DNA of 64,000 nt, taken from positions 1 to 64,000 of the forward strand of contig NW_021832564.1 in NCBI RefSeq assembly GCF_006345805.1, read 5' to 3'. Every line of letters starts with the position of its first letter. Position 1 is the first letter of the stretch. The DNA comes from Octopus sinensis (Eukaryota). The translations under genes and the position numbers were made by a program. The notes below the pieces were generated by a model. The model was not told the origin of the DNA. It saw only the letters and a list, made by a program, of their open reading frames with translations, and did not search any database. Shown in pieces: positions 63,447-64,000 of this stretch.

Positions 63447-63986
63447 TAGAGTGGCCCAAAAGTTACTAGGCCATTTTAATATATAATAACGATTTTACAA
63501 TTAATTTTTTCAATCTTAGAAAGAGCCGTCTTTGTCAAGAACAAAATGGTGTCCATTTGAAGGACGTAATTTTCAAAACTTAACTGGCACTCATTCCGAG
63601 CCTGCTCGTGAAATTAATGTGCAAATGGCTGAGTATTCCACAGATACGTGTACCTTTAACGTAGTTCTCAGGGAGATTCAGCATGTCACAGAGTGGGACA
63701 ATGCTGGCCCTTTGAAATACAGTTACTACTAATTTTTTCTGGCTAAGTGGACTGGAGCAATGTGAAATAAGGTGTCTTGCTCAAGCACACAACGCGTCAC
63801 CGGGAGTTGAACTCACGTTCTTAGAATCGTGAGTCGAATGCCCCTAATCACTAATCCACGCGCTTCACTAATTTTCAAAACTAATCAAAATGTTTTCCAA
63901 GAAGTGTGTTGTTTATAAATGGGAATATTTGATAAGTAAAAGAATTATGATATTTTGAAATGCTCTGTGACTTTTGGGCCACCCTG
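63447..63986. mobile_element. Old Tc1-type MITE containing a family-D SINE
   Basis: Imperfect TIR TAGAGTGGCCCAAAAGTTAC / GTGACTTTTGGGCCACCCTG. Confidence 0.65.
63581..63868 (-). mobile_element. SINE family D (CORE-type head, A-type tail)
   Basis: 14-bp TSD TAATTTTCAAAACT (63567-63580, 63869-63882). Confidence 0.8.
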
Positions 63987-64000
63987 TGAAAATGTTGCAG

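Overview
Eukaryotic, AT-rich, very repeat-dense DNA with no prokaryotic features. The mix of long microsatellites and tRNA-derived SINE families resembles octopod (Octopus-type) genomic DNA; this is inferred from pattern recognition, not a search. Almost all ORFs in the supplied track are translations of microsatellites or SINEs. The window contains four recurrent tRNA-headed SINE families (my labels A-D), including seven young near-identical A copies, six of them with target-site duplications (TSDs). It also contains Tc1/mariner relics (a DD41D element and a palindromic double-3'-end mariner), hAT-, Mutator-, Merlin- and Ginger-like MITEs, Helitron ends, a solo LTR, RTE/CR1/RLE LINE fragments and Penelope-like fragments. 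Best leads: (1) an unannotated spliced minus-strand coding unit at 25.5-27.1 kb whose internal 9-aa repeats differ only at synonymous sites; (2) several hammerhead-ribozyme-like motifs, one nearly complete at 43884-43927; (3) many long fold-back or inverted structures, including a 1.1-kb local inverted duplication; (4) a 7-copy 157-159 bp tandem array; (5) a MITE carrying telomere-like repeats. Coordinates were read by eye; repeat edges may be off by a few bases.
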